A DNA stretch of 39,748 nucleotides from a virus: the IMG/VR virus record IMGVR_UViG_2881214049_000001. One strand, 5' to 3'. The translations under genes were made by a program, and so were the position numbers. This document shows, piece after piece, positions 9,792 to 18,911 of this stretch. The notes under the pieces are model-generated. The model was not told where the DNA came from and did no database searches. It was given only the letters and a program-made list of their open reading frames with translations. How positions within the stretch are numbered: the first letter of the stretch is position 1; each line of letters opens with the position of its first letter.

Positions 9792-10604
9792 CTAGTTACT
9801 TTTAATTTTCAACGATACTAAAGTTGCAGAGTAGATATTGTTTTCATATCCATCTGAAAGTTCAATTTCGGCACCACTACCCACAGAACCAAAACGGCCA
9901 TACAAGACCCCTAACCTAGAAAAGTGGGTACTTTGCAACGAATTAATTGTCGCAATATGTTGATTATCACGATCCATCACTTTTTGCGTATCTCTAGCAG
10001 GGAAATCTAAGTTTTCAGAAATATAAAACCAGGTGGGCTTGAACCCATGTACAAGCCGCCCCTCATCATGAGCTGTCTTTAACGCAGCTTTATTGCCCCC
10101 ATGCCAATGTTTTTTTGCGCTAGGACTAAACGTTACACTCATCATCATAGACGTATCATGGTGCTCTTTCACTGGCAATCGAATATAATGTGTATATCCT
10201 TTTACCAGTGATATTCCCTCGGGAAATACTCGCCCACTGACTTCAGCGTCAATAGTTGCCTGACCGGGAGAAGGTTCAGTATCAGCGTTACCACCTGCTC
10301 TATAATAATGCGCGTCAGCTGATAAATCGGTTCGAATACCAATCCAGCCTAGATAGGCATCAGCTAAATCGTGAGGGGTATTAGACACAAGATCTCCAGT
10401 TTTATTAATAAATGTTCCGTAGTACATTTCAGCAGGCGTTGGCACTCGCCCGGTAAACGCATGAATAAAGTACCGAGAGGCCAGTGAGCTACCATATTTG
10501 TGCATTCCCAAATAGTAAGTAGGACTCCCCCAACCATGTAATATCTCTTGTAGATCTTGCTTATTTAATAAGGTCTCTAACCTTGGTGCACCTTGATCAC
10601 TCAT
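9792..10604 (-). CDS. Putative phage-structural protein, paralogue A2
   Basis: HGWGSP, GRVPTPAEMYYGTF, PTWFYISE, GSVGSGAEIEL. Start moved to ATG 10604 (AGGAG RBS; length fits A1/A3). Confidence 0.7.
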   Translation of the reverse strand: MSDQGAPRLETLLNKQDLQEILHGWGSPTYYLGMHKYGSSLASRYFIHAFTGRVPTPAEMYYGTFINKTGDLVSNTPHDLADAYLGWIGIRTDLSADAHYYRAGGNADTEPSPGQATIDAEVSGRVFPEGISLVKGYTHYIRLPVKEHHDTSMMMSVTFSPSAKKHWHGGNKAALKTAHDEGRLVHGFKPTWFYISENLDFPARDTQKVMDRDNQHIATINSLQSTHFSRLGVLYGRFGSVGSGAEIELSDGYENNIYSATLVSLKIKSN

Positions 10605-10778
10605 CTGATCTCCTAATAACTGTGTCTCATCAATGCAAGCTATGTTCGGTGGACTGTTTCTAGCCATACATCATAAAATTTCAAGTCTAAGTAAACGTGC
10701 TGATGCACTAAAATATACACCAACCAGTATTGTACAATGTAAATTACACTCAACATACCACTAAACTACAACTTACTA

Positions 10779-11858
10779 TTATACAATACCTAAAATATGT
10801 ACATCGTTCACGCCGGTGGTGTACGTGTAAATAATATCGTAAGTGCCGTACCAATTCCTATGCCAATCAGGTGCGAGTACACCTGTAAACTGAAGGCGAA
10901 TACTTTTAACATTGTGAATAGGCGTTGGTAGATAAAGGGTTTCCACACCGCTTACGCCTTCGATAACAAATGTGTGTGCACTAGACCAATTACCAGCTGC
11001 ATCAGAGTATAAAAACTCAATTTGCTTGGGGCAACGATTGCGTCTTTGCGTTTCGCCTGAAATATGTAACCCAACCACGGTACGTTGTAACGTTTTAAAG
11101 TCAACTTGCAGGTAACTCGTGCCATTCACTTGGTCGGAAAGCCACAAACCACCACTTTGAAAAGCATGAAAAGGCAAAGTGTATGTCCAAAAACGTGCGC
11201 CACTATAGGGTGGACCCGCGTTACGAAACCCAGTGAAATCGCTCGAAACTAATCCGTTGGTACTGGGTAGAGACAGTTGCTGTGGCTTTTCACACACATC
11301 TTGATGCGGTTGGTGAATATAAAATGGCAATGGAACTTGATGCTGCTCAAGAAAAAGCCCCCGACCCATTGCAAAATCTTCAATGTGTTCAATTTCGAGA
11401 TCAGCGCCCGAGCCTTTCTTTCCAACTGTTCCTACAAAAAATACGTATCCCCTCACACTTAAATTGGCATCAACAGATGCGACACCATCTAGTTGGGTCA
11501 TCACGAATACAAATGATCGTAGTTCGCCAGTGTGCAGATACAAGGGAAAAACACCTCCTTCTGTTTCCTGTGGCCATCTAAATGACATAATACCTTCGTC
11601 ATTGACCTCAAGCCGTGGCATATCTCGATAAGCAGCAGGTTTGTGCCCTGCACTCAACATCAAATTGATGTCATTTTTACTAAGGCCGTTATTAAGCCTC
11701 AAGTACGCTACAAGCTCTTCAACTGGTCGAGAATCTAAACAAAACAACGCACCTTGGCTCAGGTCATTATGCCAAAGTGTTTTATCAAACGTTGGTAAGT
11801 TTGCATTTAAGTCTGTCGCTAGCTTTTTTTTATTAACCCAATAATGTTGGGACACCAC
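10779..11858 (-). CDS. Paralogue C1: structural N-domain plus C-terminal discoidin/F5-8C-like domain
   Basis: HYW, GALFCLDSR, GTVGKKGSGADLEI; C-terminus YLQVDF...PKQIEFLYS...IRLQF is discoidin-like. Confidence 0.7.
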   Translation of the reverse strand: MVSQHYWVNKKKLATDLNANLPTFDKTLWHNDLSQGALFCLDSRPVEELVAYLRLNNGLSKNDINLMLSAGHKPAAYRDMPRLEVNDEGIMSFRWPQETEGGVFPLYLHTGELRSFVFVMTQLDGVASVDANLSVRGYVFFVGTVGKKGSGADLEIEHIEDFAMGRGLFLEQHQVPLPFYIHQPHQDVCEKPQQLSLPSTNGLVSSDFTGFRNAGPPYSGARFWTYTLPFHAFQSGGLWLSDQVNGTSYLQVDFKTLQRTVVGLHISGETQRRNRCPKQIEFLYSDAAGNWSSAHTFVIEGVSGVETLYLPTPIHNVKSIRLQFTGVLAPDWHRNWYGTYDIIYTYTTGVNDVHILGIV

Positions 11859-11959
11859 CAGATCTCCTTTACATATTCAACGAGCGCAAAACGCACCAGA
11901 GCCTCTGTATTCATGACCTTAACCCGCTACAACAATGGATTAGTAAACATGACAAAACC

Positions 11960-13027
11960 TTATACAACACCCAGAACACGAATATCACTGATACCGATTG
12001 TACGGGTGAAAATTCGTCCAGGCCCGTAACGGTTTTTATGTGAATCAGGATTCAATACATCATTAAACTTCAGGCGCACACCTTTCACATTTTTTACCGG
12101 CTCTGGTAAATATAGAGTTTCAATACCTCGTGTACCTTGAATGACAAATGTATGGGCACTGTGCCATACGCCCTGAGCATCAATACAAATAAACTCTATC
12201 TTTTTTGGACAACGGTTACGTCGCCCTATCTGTCCCGCAATATACACTCCAGAAATAGAGCGCTGAATGGTTTCAAAGTTAACTTGCAAATGACCATTTA
12301 AAGCACTTGAAAGCCACAAACTTCTTTGAAACGCAGAATAAGGTGGTGTTGATACACCACGCTGCGCTCCACTATACAATGGCCCCGAATTATTTACACC
12401 TTGATAATCTCTGGTAGTCATACCATTAGTACCAGGTAAAGATAATGCCTGTGGATGAGTACTTTTATCGGCATGGGGCTGATGGATGAAAAATGGCATA
12501 TCAATGCTATTATTCTCCATAAAAAGCGCGCCTCCTACCTCATATTCAGAGATTTCCTCAAGCTCCAAATCGGCGCCAGAGTCTTTGCCACCGACTGTGC
12601 CTGCAAAAAATACGTAAGCCCTGGCACTTAAGTTGGGGTCAACCGAAGCATACGGGTCTACCCTTGTCAGCAGTAAAATAAATGACTGAACGGGCCCCGC
12701 TTCTAACTGTAGTGGATAAATCGCTTGGTTCGTTTCTTGTGGCCAAATAAATGATATTTTACCGTCGTCACTGACGACCAATTCAGGCATCTGCCTGTAC
12801 GATACAGGCTTATACCCAGATACTAACATAGCATTGATTTGAGCCGCATTAAGACCATTTTCTAACCTCAACTCATCCGCTAGTGCTTCAACAGGCCTAG
12901 CATCGAGACAAAAGAGCGCCCCCTGATCTGAGGTACCTCCCCAAGCCGTACCTGTAAAAGTAGGTAAGTATGAAGCTAAATCAGCTCCTAGTTTGCGCTT
13001 ATTTATCCAATAATGTGTGGATACCAT
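11960..13027 (-). CDS. Paralogue C2: structural N-domain plus discoidin-like domain
   Basis: Full-length paralogue of C1 (GTVGGKDSGADLEL; RRNRCPK; SAHTFVI). Confidence 0.7.
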   Translation of the reverse strand: MVSTHYWINKRKLGADLASYLPTFTGTAWGGTSDQGALFCLDARPVEALADELRLENGLNAAQINAMLVSGYKPVSYRQMPELVVSDDGKISFIWPQETNQAIYPLQLEAGPVQSFILLLTRVDPYASVDPNLSARAYVFFAGTVGGKDSGADLELEEISEYEVGGALFMENNSIDMPFFIHQPHADKSTHPQALSLPGTNGMTTRDYQGVNNSGPLYSGAQRGVSTPPYSAFQRSLWLSSALNGHLQVNFETIQRSISGVYIAGQIGRRNRCPKKIEFICIDAQGVWHSAHTFVIQGTRGIETLYLPEPVKNVKGVRLKFNDVLNPDSHKNRYGPGRIFTRTIGISDIRVLGVV

Positions 13028-13075
13028 AATCTCTCCATTCTTGGTATAACACGGAAATAGGCAACCAAGTTCGTG

Positions 13076-14113
13076 CTAAACACAACCTAGTACAACCATT
13101 TGCTCTATCGCGATGTGATAGTAGTAGTTGTAACGACCTGACCAACGGTTATAGACTCTGTCTTTAGCAAGTGATTCGATCAGTTCAAATCGCATGCTGA
13201 CCACGCCTTTTAGGGGGTCTGGGAATGTAAGGGTAACAATGCCATTTGAACCTGTATTATCAAATGTGGGACCTGTTCGCTCAACGCCATCGGCCAATGT
13301 ATAAAAGACCTTGATTATCCTAGGTAAGCGATAACGCCAATTAAGCTGACCTTCAACAAACAAGCCTGTAATTTCTTTTTGTGGCTCTTTGAAATCAACT
13401 TTAACATAGCTGCCACCAGAGGCCGCCGTAGTCCCCCAAACACCTCCAACCTTAAATGGACGCCAATAATTGCTACTTGGATTTGTTGAGCAATTAGCCA
13501 CACGAATACCATTTGTTCCAATTAAAGACAGCGGCTGTGGCGCATTCAGACGGTCAATATGCGCGTTATAAATATTAAATGGTGTAGTTACTTTATTATC
13601 TGGTACATACAAGGGTCGACCATTTTTATATTCATCGACCTTTTCAATTTCCAGCTCGGCACCACTTCCTTTCGTACCAACTGAACCCACGAAAAAAATA
13701 TGTGTTCGAACGCTCAGCTGGCTATCTAACGTAGCCCTATCACTAGTATTACTCATTAAAAAAGCAAATGACTTAACCTCCCCTTCTTCCAATTGCGGAG
13801 GGTAGCAAAGGTAGCGCTGTGCATCAGGCCAAGAAAACGTAATGCCACCAGAACCATCGATAGCTATTTGTGCGCGATCACGCCAGCCCATTGGTTTCGA
13901 TGGTTGCGTGAGCATATTATTAACCTGCGTTTTACTTAGCCCATTTTGATGGCGTAAATATGCTGCAAGCGCTTCAGGTTCTCTGCTATCGAGCAAAAAC
14001 AACGCGCCTTCATTGTGGTCACTAGACCAGCTTGAGTCTTTAAATGTTGGCAGATATTCACTGAGACAGTTGACTAGCATTTGGCTGCTAATCCAGTAGT
14101 GGGCAGCGGTCAT
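13076..14113 (-). CDS. Paralogue C3: structural N-domain plus discoidin-like domain
   Basis: GALFLLDSR, GSVGTKGSGAELEI, YVKVDF; C-terminal domain more divergent than C1/C2. Confidence 0.7.
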   Translation of the reverse strand: MTAAHYWISSQMLVNCLSEYLPTFKDSSWSSDHNEGALFLLDSREPEALAAYLRHQNGLSKTQVNNMLTQPSKPMGWRDRAQIAIDGSGGITFSWPDAQRYLCYPPQLEEGEVKSFAFLMSNTSDRATLDSQLSVRTHIFFVGSVGTKGSGAELEIEKVDEYKNGRPLYVPDNKVTTPFNIYNAHIDRLNAPQPLSLIGTNGIRVANCSTNPSSNYWRPFKVGGVWGTTAASGGSYVKVDFKEPQKEITGLFVEGQLNWRYRLPRIIKVFYTLADGVERTGPTFDNTGSNGIVTLTFPDPLKGVVSMRFELIESLAKDRVYNRWSGRYNYYYHIAIEQMVVLGCV

Positions 14114-14124
14114 GAATATACTCC

Positions 14125-14667
14125 TTATAAGGGGACTCTTACAGGTAACATATTGACAGGATCTGGCGCCTGCCCTTGATCAGAACTCTCAGTTATCACC
14201 AGCAAGTCCTTGCTAGAAACAGTATCGCCGACACCAACTGAGCCTAAAAACTCGATGCCACCGGTTACATTTTCCACCTGCTCCCAGTCACCCTCAAGAA
14301 CAGCAAACCATGTTGGTATTGGCAACGGTTCGCTCGCACTATAAAGCTTGCTAGCCACTTTGTGAGATAATGACGCTTCATCATTAGCTTGGCTGTATAA
14401 AAGGTTTGTAACTAATGCAGATTTGTTCCAATTAGGCGTTCCGTACTCTACCGAATCGGTGTAAGACAGAGATTTACCAGATAAAATTGGAATTAACTCA
14501 TACGTCGCGATGAAATCACTGCTACGTGCTTTTAAAACCTGCAACATATCCTCTTCTGATAGTCCCATGTCAAAAGCTGGTAATGCCCCTGAAAAAAGCA
14601 TCAATCTGCGTTTGGAGTGATTTAAAAACAACAAAGTTTTTAAAACCGTTGAGTAGTTTGTTATCAC
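14125..14667 (-). CDS. Putative phage-structural protein, paralogue D
   Basis: LMLFSGALP, PTWF and GSVGVG..DL resemble the A-family motifs; AGGGG RBS with GTG start. Confidence 0.6.
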   Translation of the reverse strand: MITNYSTVLKTLLFLNHSKRRLMLFSGALPAFDMGLSEEDMLQVLKARSSDFIATYELIPILSGKSLSYTDSVEYGTPNWNKSALVTNLLYSQANDEASLSHKVASKLYSASEPLPIPTWFAVLEGDWEQVENVTGGIEFLGSVGVGDTVSSKDLLVITESSDQGQAPDPVNMLPVRVPL

Positions 14668-14832
14668 CGTATTCCCCTAAAAATAGTGCTACTGGCCTTT
14701 ACCCTCAGCCCTAAATGTCATTCTATACATACCCGCCTAACTACTAGGTTTGTTTTGAGCCAAGAAGGCTTTTTTGGTAGCACCGCTACCGAAATCTGCT
14801 GTCGACAAAAGATTTAGATCTATGTAGATAAA

Positions 14833-15022
14833 GCAAAAATTCCGTTATTGAGCTGCGCTAAATGAGAAACTTTTAACGCGGCTATCGCCAGGTTTATACC
14901 AATTTTCTTAATTAAGTAGTCTATTTGGGGGCGAGAAAACCTTGTCGATAACCAGGCAAAATTTTGCTATTTAGTTGTTCTAAATAAGAAACTTTTAACG
15001 CTGTTAGCGTCAGATTTACTCC
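14833..15022. repeat. Two degenerate ~67-bp direct repeats in an intergenic region
   Basis: 14833-14900 versus 14956-15022; shared core CTAAATRAGAAACTTTTAACGC. Confidence 0.7.
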
Positions 15023-15082
15023 TTCAAATTGAGCAAGTATTAAGTCAAATTGGTATTACTCTTTAAAAATGCTTAACTGATA

Positions 15083-15823
15083 TTACAGATCAGTATCAGC
15101 CAATTGCGCATCAATGCTTGATTGGTCAACACCCAGCTCAGCTATGGTAGACAACAACGCTTTAAGCTCTGTATTTGTTTGCGTCCAGTCACCCAACAAA
15201 TTTCTAAAACAAATATGGAGCGCTTTGCCCGCAACATGTACTGTGTGGCTATCAGGGTCAAGTTCAAGCTCGGTGAGTCTTACGTCTGTATACGCACTTA
15301 TCTCTCCAATGCTCAGTTCCAAGGTAGGTAAGTCGCTTAGCACTCGATTAAATTGCCCTTCGTTGAATAGAGCATCATGCCACCCCAGCGCCACCTTTTT
15401 ACTAAAGTACTCTTTATTATCAACAACTAAATAGGATTTTGTCGCGACTCCTTTTGCTAGGATCCGCTCCGCGGACACCGCATTAGACGTAAACACAAGC
15501 GTAGGAAGGACGGGCTTAATGGGGGTATTGTACTGGCTCAGCACGGGCTGCTGAGCTTGTTCTGACATTTGTTCATAAAAATAAAACCCGCTTAAATCAT
15601 GCTCATTTCCTTGTCTTTCTTGAGACATATTCCAATGGGTTTCACCTACAGTTGTAAGTAATACCGTATCATTCTCGTCTGTAATCACCAGTATGGCCGG
15701 CTTGTTTTCTAATTGTCGTGTCAATGCAATATTTGGATCACTTTGTTTAAACGCGCCCTGCGTCGCCTCATTCATCGACTCTGACTGGTAGACAAGCATG
15801 GGATTTAACATTATCGCCATCAT
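15083..15823 (-). CDS. Putative phage-structural protein, paralogue B3
   Basis: KPAILVITD..VLLTTVG, PTLVF, F.NLLGDW. Confidence 0.7.
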   Translation of the reverse strand: MMAIMLNPMLVYQSESMNEATQGAFKQSDPNIALTRQLENKPAILVITDENDTVLLTTVGETHWNMSQERQGNEHDLSGFYFYEQMSEQAQQPVLSQYNTPIKPVLPTLVFTSNAVSAERILAKGVATKSYLVVDNKEYFSKKVALGWHDALFNEGQFNRVLSDLPTLELSIGEISAYTDVRLTELELDPDSHTVHVAGKALHICFRNLLGDWTQTNTELKALLSTIAELGVDQSSIDAQLADTDL

Positions 15824-15830
15824 TGTGCTC

Positions 15831-16592
15831 CTAAGTTGTGATTATACGTAAACCAGCCATCCGGATATGTGAATTAAACCCGGTCGCGCCTGAAATCAGT
15901 TCAAGATCTGAGTTAGTGCCCATCGCACCCACATTTCCGACAATTAGAGGTAACGCACTGGTTTGCATATCAACATGCAAAGATTCTATCACTGCAGTGT
16001 TATCCAATGAGTGTGGGTTTTGTACAACTCGTGTTTTCCAGCGAGGCCGGTTTTCGCTCTCCGAAATATAAAACCAAGTCGCCCCAGTGGTATTTAACCC
16101 TCCAGACAGCGCTTCTTGGCTAAGCCACCCGAGATTCCCATTTGACAGCACGAGCGTTTTAGTTGATTTAAAAGACCAATCTAACATCCAAGACTGCGTA
16201 GCCATTGATGCAACGGGAAGCGGTGACAAGGCAGTATAACTTGAAGCGATAGATACCTGCTCTGGCCATATACGACCTGTCGATTTGACACTTTTATTTA
16301 TGACACTCTCACCAACAGCCGTCGCAACGTTAAAGCTACCTAAATAGCGCTGCTCCAGCGTAAGCGGCATATCGCGATGGCTATCTCCTACTCTGTCAAT
16401 AAATGTGCCGTGTAAAACCTCACTTTGAGTAGGGATGCGGCCACAAAATAAATGTACAAAATACTGCCTTTGTGCTGTATTTGCTACATTCGCATTCGAA
16501 GGCGTTGCAAATGCTGGACACCCCCAACCGTGTAAGATCTGGCGCAACGTGTCATCAGGTAAAAGTGATGATACCTCATAGCTATCAGCCAT
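15831..16592 (-). CDS. Putative phage-structural protein, paralogue A3
   Basis: HGWGCP, GRIPTQSEVLHGTF, TWFYISE, GNVGAMGTNSDLEL. Confidence 0.7.
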   Translation of the reverse strand: MADSYEVSSLLPDDTLRQILHGWGCPAFATPSNANVANTAQRQYFVHLFCGRIPTQSEVLHGTFIDRVGDSHRDMPLTLEQRYLGSFNVATAVGESVINKSVKSTGRIWPEQVSIASSYTALSPLPVASMATQSWMLDWSFKSTKTLVLSNGNLGWLSQEALSGGLNTTGATWFYISESENRPRWKTRVVQNPHSLDNTAVIESLHVDMQTSALPLIVGNVGAMGTNSDLELISGATGFNSHIRMAGLRIITT

Positions 16593-16738
16593 ATAGTCTC
16601 CTAGGCGTTATATCTGAATAACAGTTCACAACAAGTTATTTAATAGCGTCATGCTAGACCCTAGTTACTAACATAAGCACATCATACTTGTGCTACTTAA
16701 TTCTACGATAAACAAATGTAATGCACTCAAATGAAAAG

Positions 16739-16876
16739 TTATTGTACAATAAAAACAAACACATGACAGCCTATTCATAAATAATCACAACGAGATGGGA
16801 TGCAACGACCTAAATTAGCAGTATGATGTGTTAGCTTGGGATATAATTTAGTACGGCTTAATAATATTGTACAATA
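16739..16876. promoter_or_regulatory. Two TATTGTACAATA palindromes in a divergent promoter region
   Basis: TTATTGTACAATAA at 16739-16752 and TATTGTACAATA at 16865-16876. Confidence 0.55.
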
Positions 16877-17067
16877 ATAAAAAACTAACAATTAGAACAA
16901 TAATTATGCGCGCAATCGATACATCGCTCATAAATACAACAAGTCCTTAAAAAACGGCTTTTTCTTCTTGATTTTTAGTGCCTATTAAGAATAGCATACT
17001 GACCTTAATACAGAGACGCGATAGTTTGCTCATCGCATATTAAATATCTTACAGACAGGTCTTATCC

Positions 17068-18675
17068 ATGATACGTGACAAGGTTCTTGTAGCCTCCGTT
17101 TACGCAGGCACAAGTGCGCGCGCAACTCGCTACTATCTATCGTCCAACAAGCAATTTGACGTAGACTGGCATATTGGTAAAGAGGAAGCGCTACGCTGGT
17201 TTGCTAGAGCACGCCTGTCTGACAATAAAGTTTCTGATCTCAAACCATGTGGGCAACCAACTTATGAGACTCGTAGAAAAAAGCGGATTTCACGGCAAGA
17301 GTATTTAGCTTGGGCGTATCAAGCGACACATAAAACAGAAACAACAGCATGTTATCTAACCCCCAACTTGTTTTTTGATTGGCGAAATACACAAAATATA
17401 AAAGGGCTGACAGCTCATTGGTTAGAAATTGATACCGCAGGTCATACTCCACTCACAGCCAATCAATCATGGGAAATATATCAGCAAATTGCAGACTGTT
17501 TAGGTGCATCGAATTTACCAGCACCAACTAACTGGGTGTTAACAGGCTCAGGTGGCGTTCATCTGTACTGGCGTTATGATCAGCCTGAGCTGGTACAGAA
17601 CAAAACCCATCGTTTCACACTCTTAAAACGCTGGAAAGATATAGCCGCAAAGTTAGGCAAAAAGCTTGAAACCTGGCGTATTAAATTAGGCTACAACGAC
17701 TGGAAAGTCGACCATGGGGCATCAAACGACCCTTCTAGATTAATGCGTATGCCGGGTAGCCAACATAACAAAACCGCGCGAGAAGTGCTCTATCTCACAG
17801 GAGGACCTGTGACAAGCTTACAAATGCTAGGAAAAAAGCTAGGGTTTAAAGCGCCAATTACAACGGACGCTGCCACCGCACCGCCCTCTAAAGCAATGAA
17901 AGCGCATCATATAAGAACTCCCAAGGTTTGTACTAGTATTGCGCGAGATCCCGCGGCTGACAAACTGGCTAAACTGGCAAAAGATTGGGAGGTGTACTTA
18001 CACCGACACGGGCAAGTGGTTAAAGGTAAACGCGATTTAACGCTATTCCACTTGTACAATATTTATCGTCGGATAATGCCTCCACAAACTGCATGGGACA
18101 AGATTATTCAGATCAATGATAAGTATATCGGCTTTACTGGGCAGCAATTAAGCGCGTACCTATCAAGCTCAATAAAAACAGTATACCGATACACACTTAA
18201 ACGGCTCAACGACATACTGACCGACGAATTAGAACTCCCCTTAAGTGTGCAGCTAAAGAGTCGAGAAAAGTTGAGTCCAGCAGAGCAACAACGTCGCCAA
18301 TCTATCAGCGCTAAAAAAGTCAGTAAAGCGAGAGCAAGTACTACGTTAAATACCTTGGTGGAATTAGTGCTGAGGTTATGTAAAGCCGGTTACACCTTAA
18401 CGTCTCTTACCCCCAACGTCCTGCTTAACCACTGCCAGATTTCCAGAGCTACAATTTATAGACACTGGAATAAAGTCATTAAGACTGTACAGCAAAGACG
18501 TCCGATACAACTAAAAGAATTACTCAAGGCTCAACACTATTCGTCTCATTCGCTCGGGTTCTTTATAAACCCCCCTAAATCGCGAAGCGGTAATAATGTT
18601 TTGAAAGAGCCTGCACAGCAATCCTCCATTAACTTATTAAGTGTTCATTGTGATATTCCGATACCTGATATTTGA
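17068..18675 (+). CDS. Primase-type (AEP/RepB-primase) replication protein with PriCT-like and C-terminal HTH domains
   Basis: YLTPN, WLEID, PAPT..V.TGSGGVHLYW, D...DPSRLMRMPGS.H.K, GKRDLTLF and HTH ISRATIYRH. Confidence 0.75.
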   Translation: MIRDKVLVASVYAGTSARATRYYLSSNKQFDVDWHIGKEEALRWFARARLSDNKVSDLKPCGQPTYETRRKKRISRQEYLAWAYQATHKTETTACYLTPNLFFDWRNTQNIKGLTAHWLEIDTAGHTPLTANQSWEIYQQIADCLGASNLPAPTNWVLTGSGGVHLYWRYDQPELVQNKTHRFTLLKRWKDIAAKLGKKLETWRIKLGYNDWKVDHGASNDPSRLMRMPGSQHNKTAREVLYLTGGPVTSLQMLGKKLGFKAPITTDAATAPPSKAMKAHHIRTPKVCTSIARDPAADKLAKLAKDWEVYLHRHGQVVKGKRDLTLFHLYNIYRRIMPPQTAWDKIIQINDKYIGFTGQQLSAYLSSSIKTVYRYTLKRLNDILTDELELPLSVQLKSREKLSPAEQQRRQSISAKKVSKARASTTLNTLVELVLRLCKAGYTLTSLTPNVLLNHCQISRATIYRHWNKVIKTVQQRRPIQLKELLKAQHYSSHSLGFFINPPKSRSGNNVLKEPAQQSSINLLSVHCDIPIPDI

Positions 18676-18911
18676 ATGTGTTTAGTTAGTTGGCCTTTGT
18701 ATCACTCTCAAGCTAATTTATTCTTAAATTAATAAAGGTACCTTAGGATCCATAAGTAAGGTCATAAGTGAAATGCCTAAACGATTGCACCCTAGGCATT
18801 ACCGTGGCAAGATACCGCCCTACTCTCAGGTCTGCTATACGTTGCGTTTTTACACAGAAAGCCTGAAGTTTAAACTTATAAATATCGAATAAACTGAGTC
18901 TTGGAGTTTTT

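Noticed and set aside
10779-14113. Diversity-generating retroelement or shufflon acting on the variable C-termini
   Set aside because: No reverse transcriptase, no template repeat differing only at adenines, and no inverted cassettes; all three are full genes in one orientation.
14760-14800. c-di-GMP-I riboswitch or full ops/JUMPstart element
   Set aside because: Only GGTAGCGG matches; the upstream riboswitch stem and the leading GG of ops are absent.
16885-16916. dif/Xer site (TTATGCGCGCA resembles a XerC arm)
   Set aside because: No matching XerD arm at 6-8 bp spacing.
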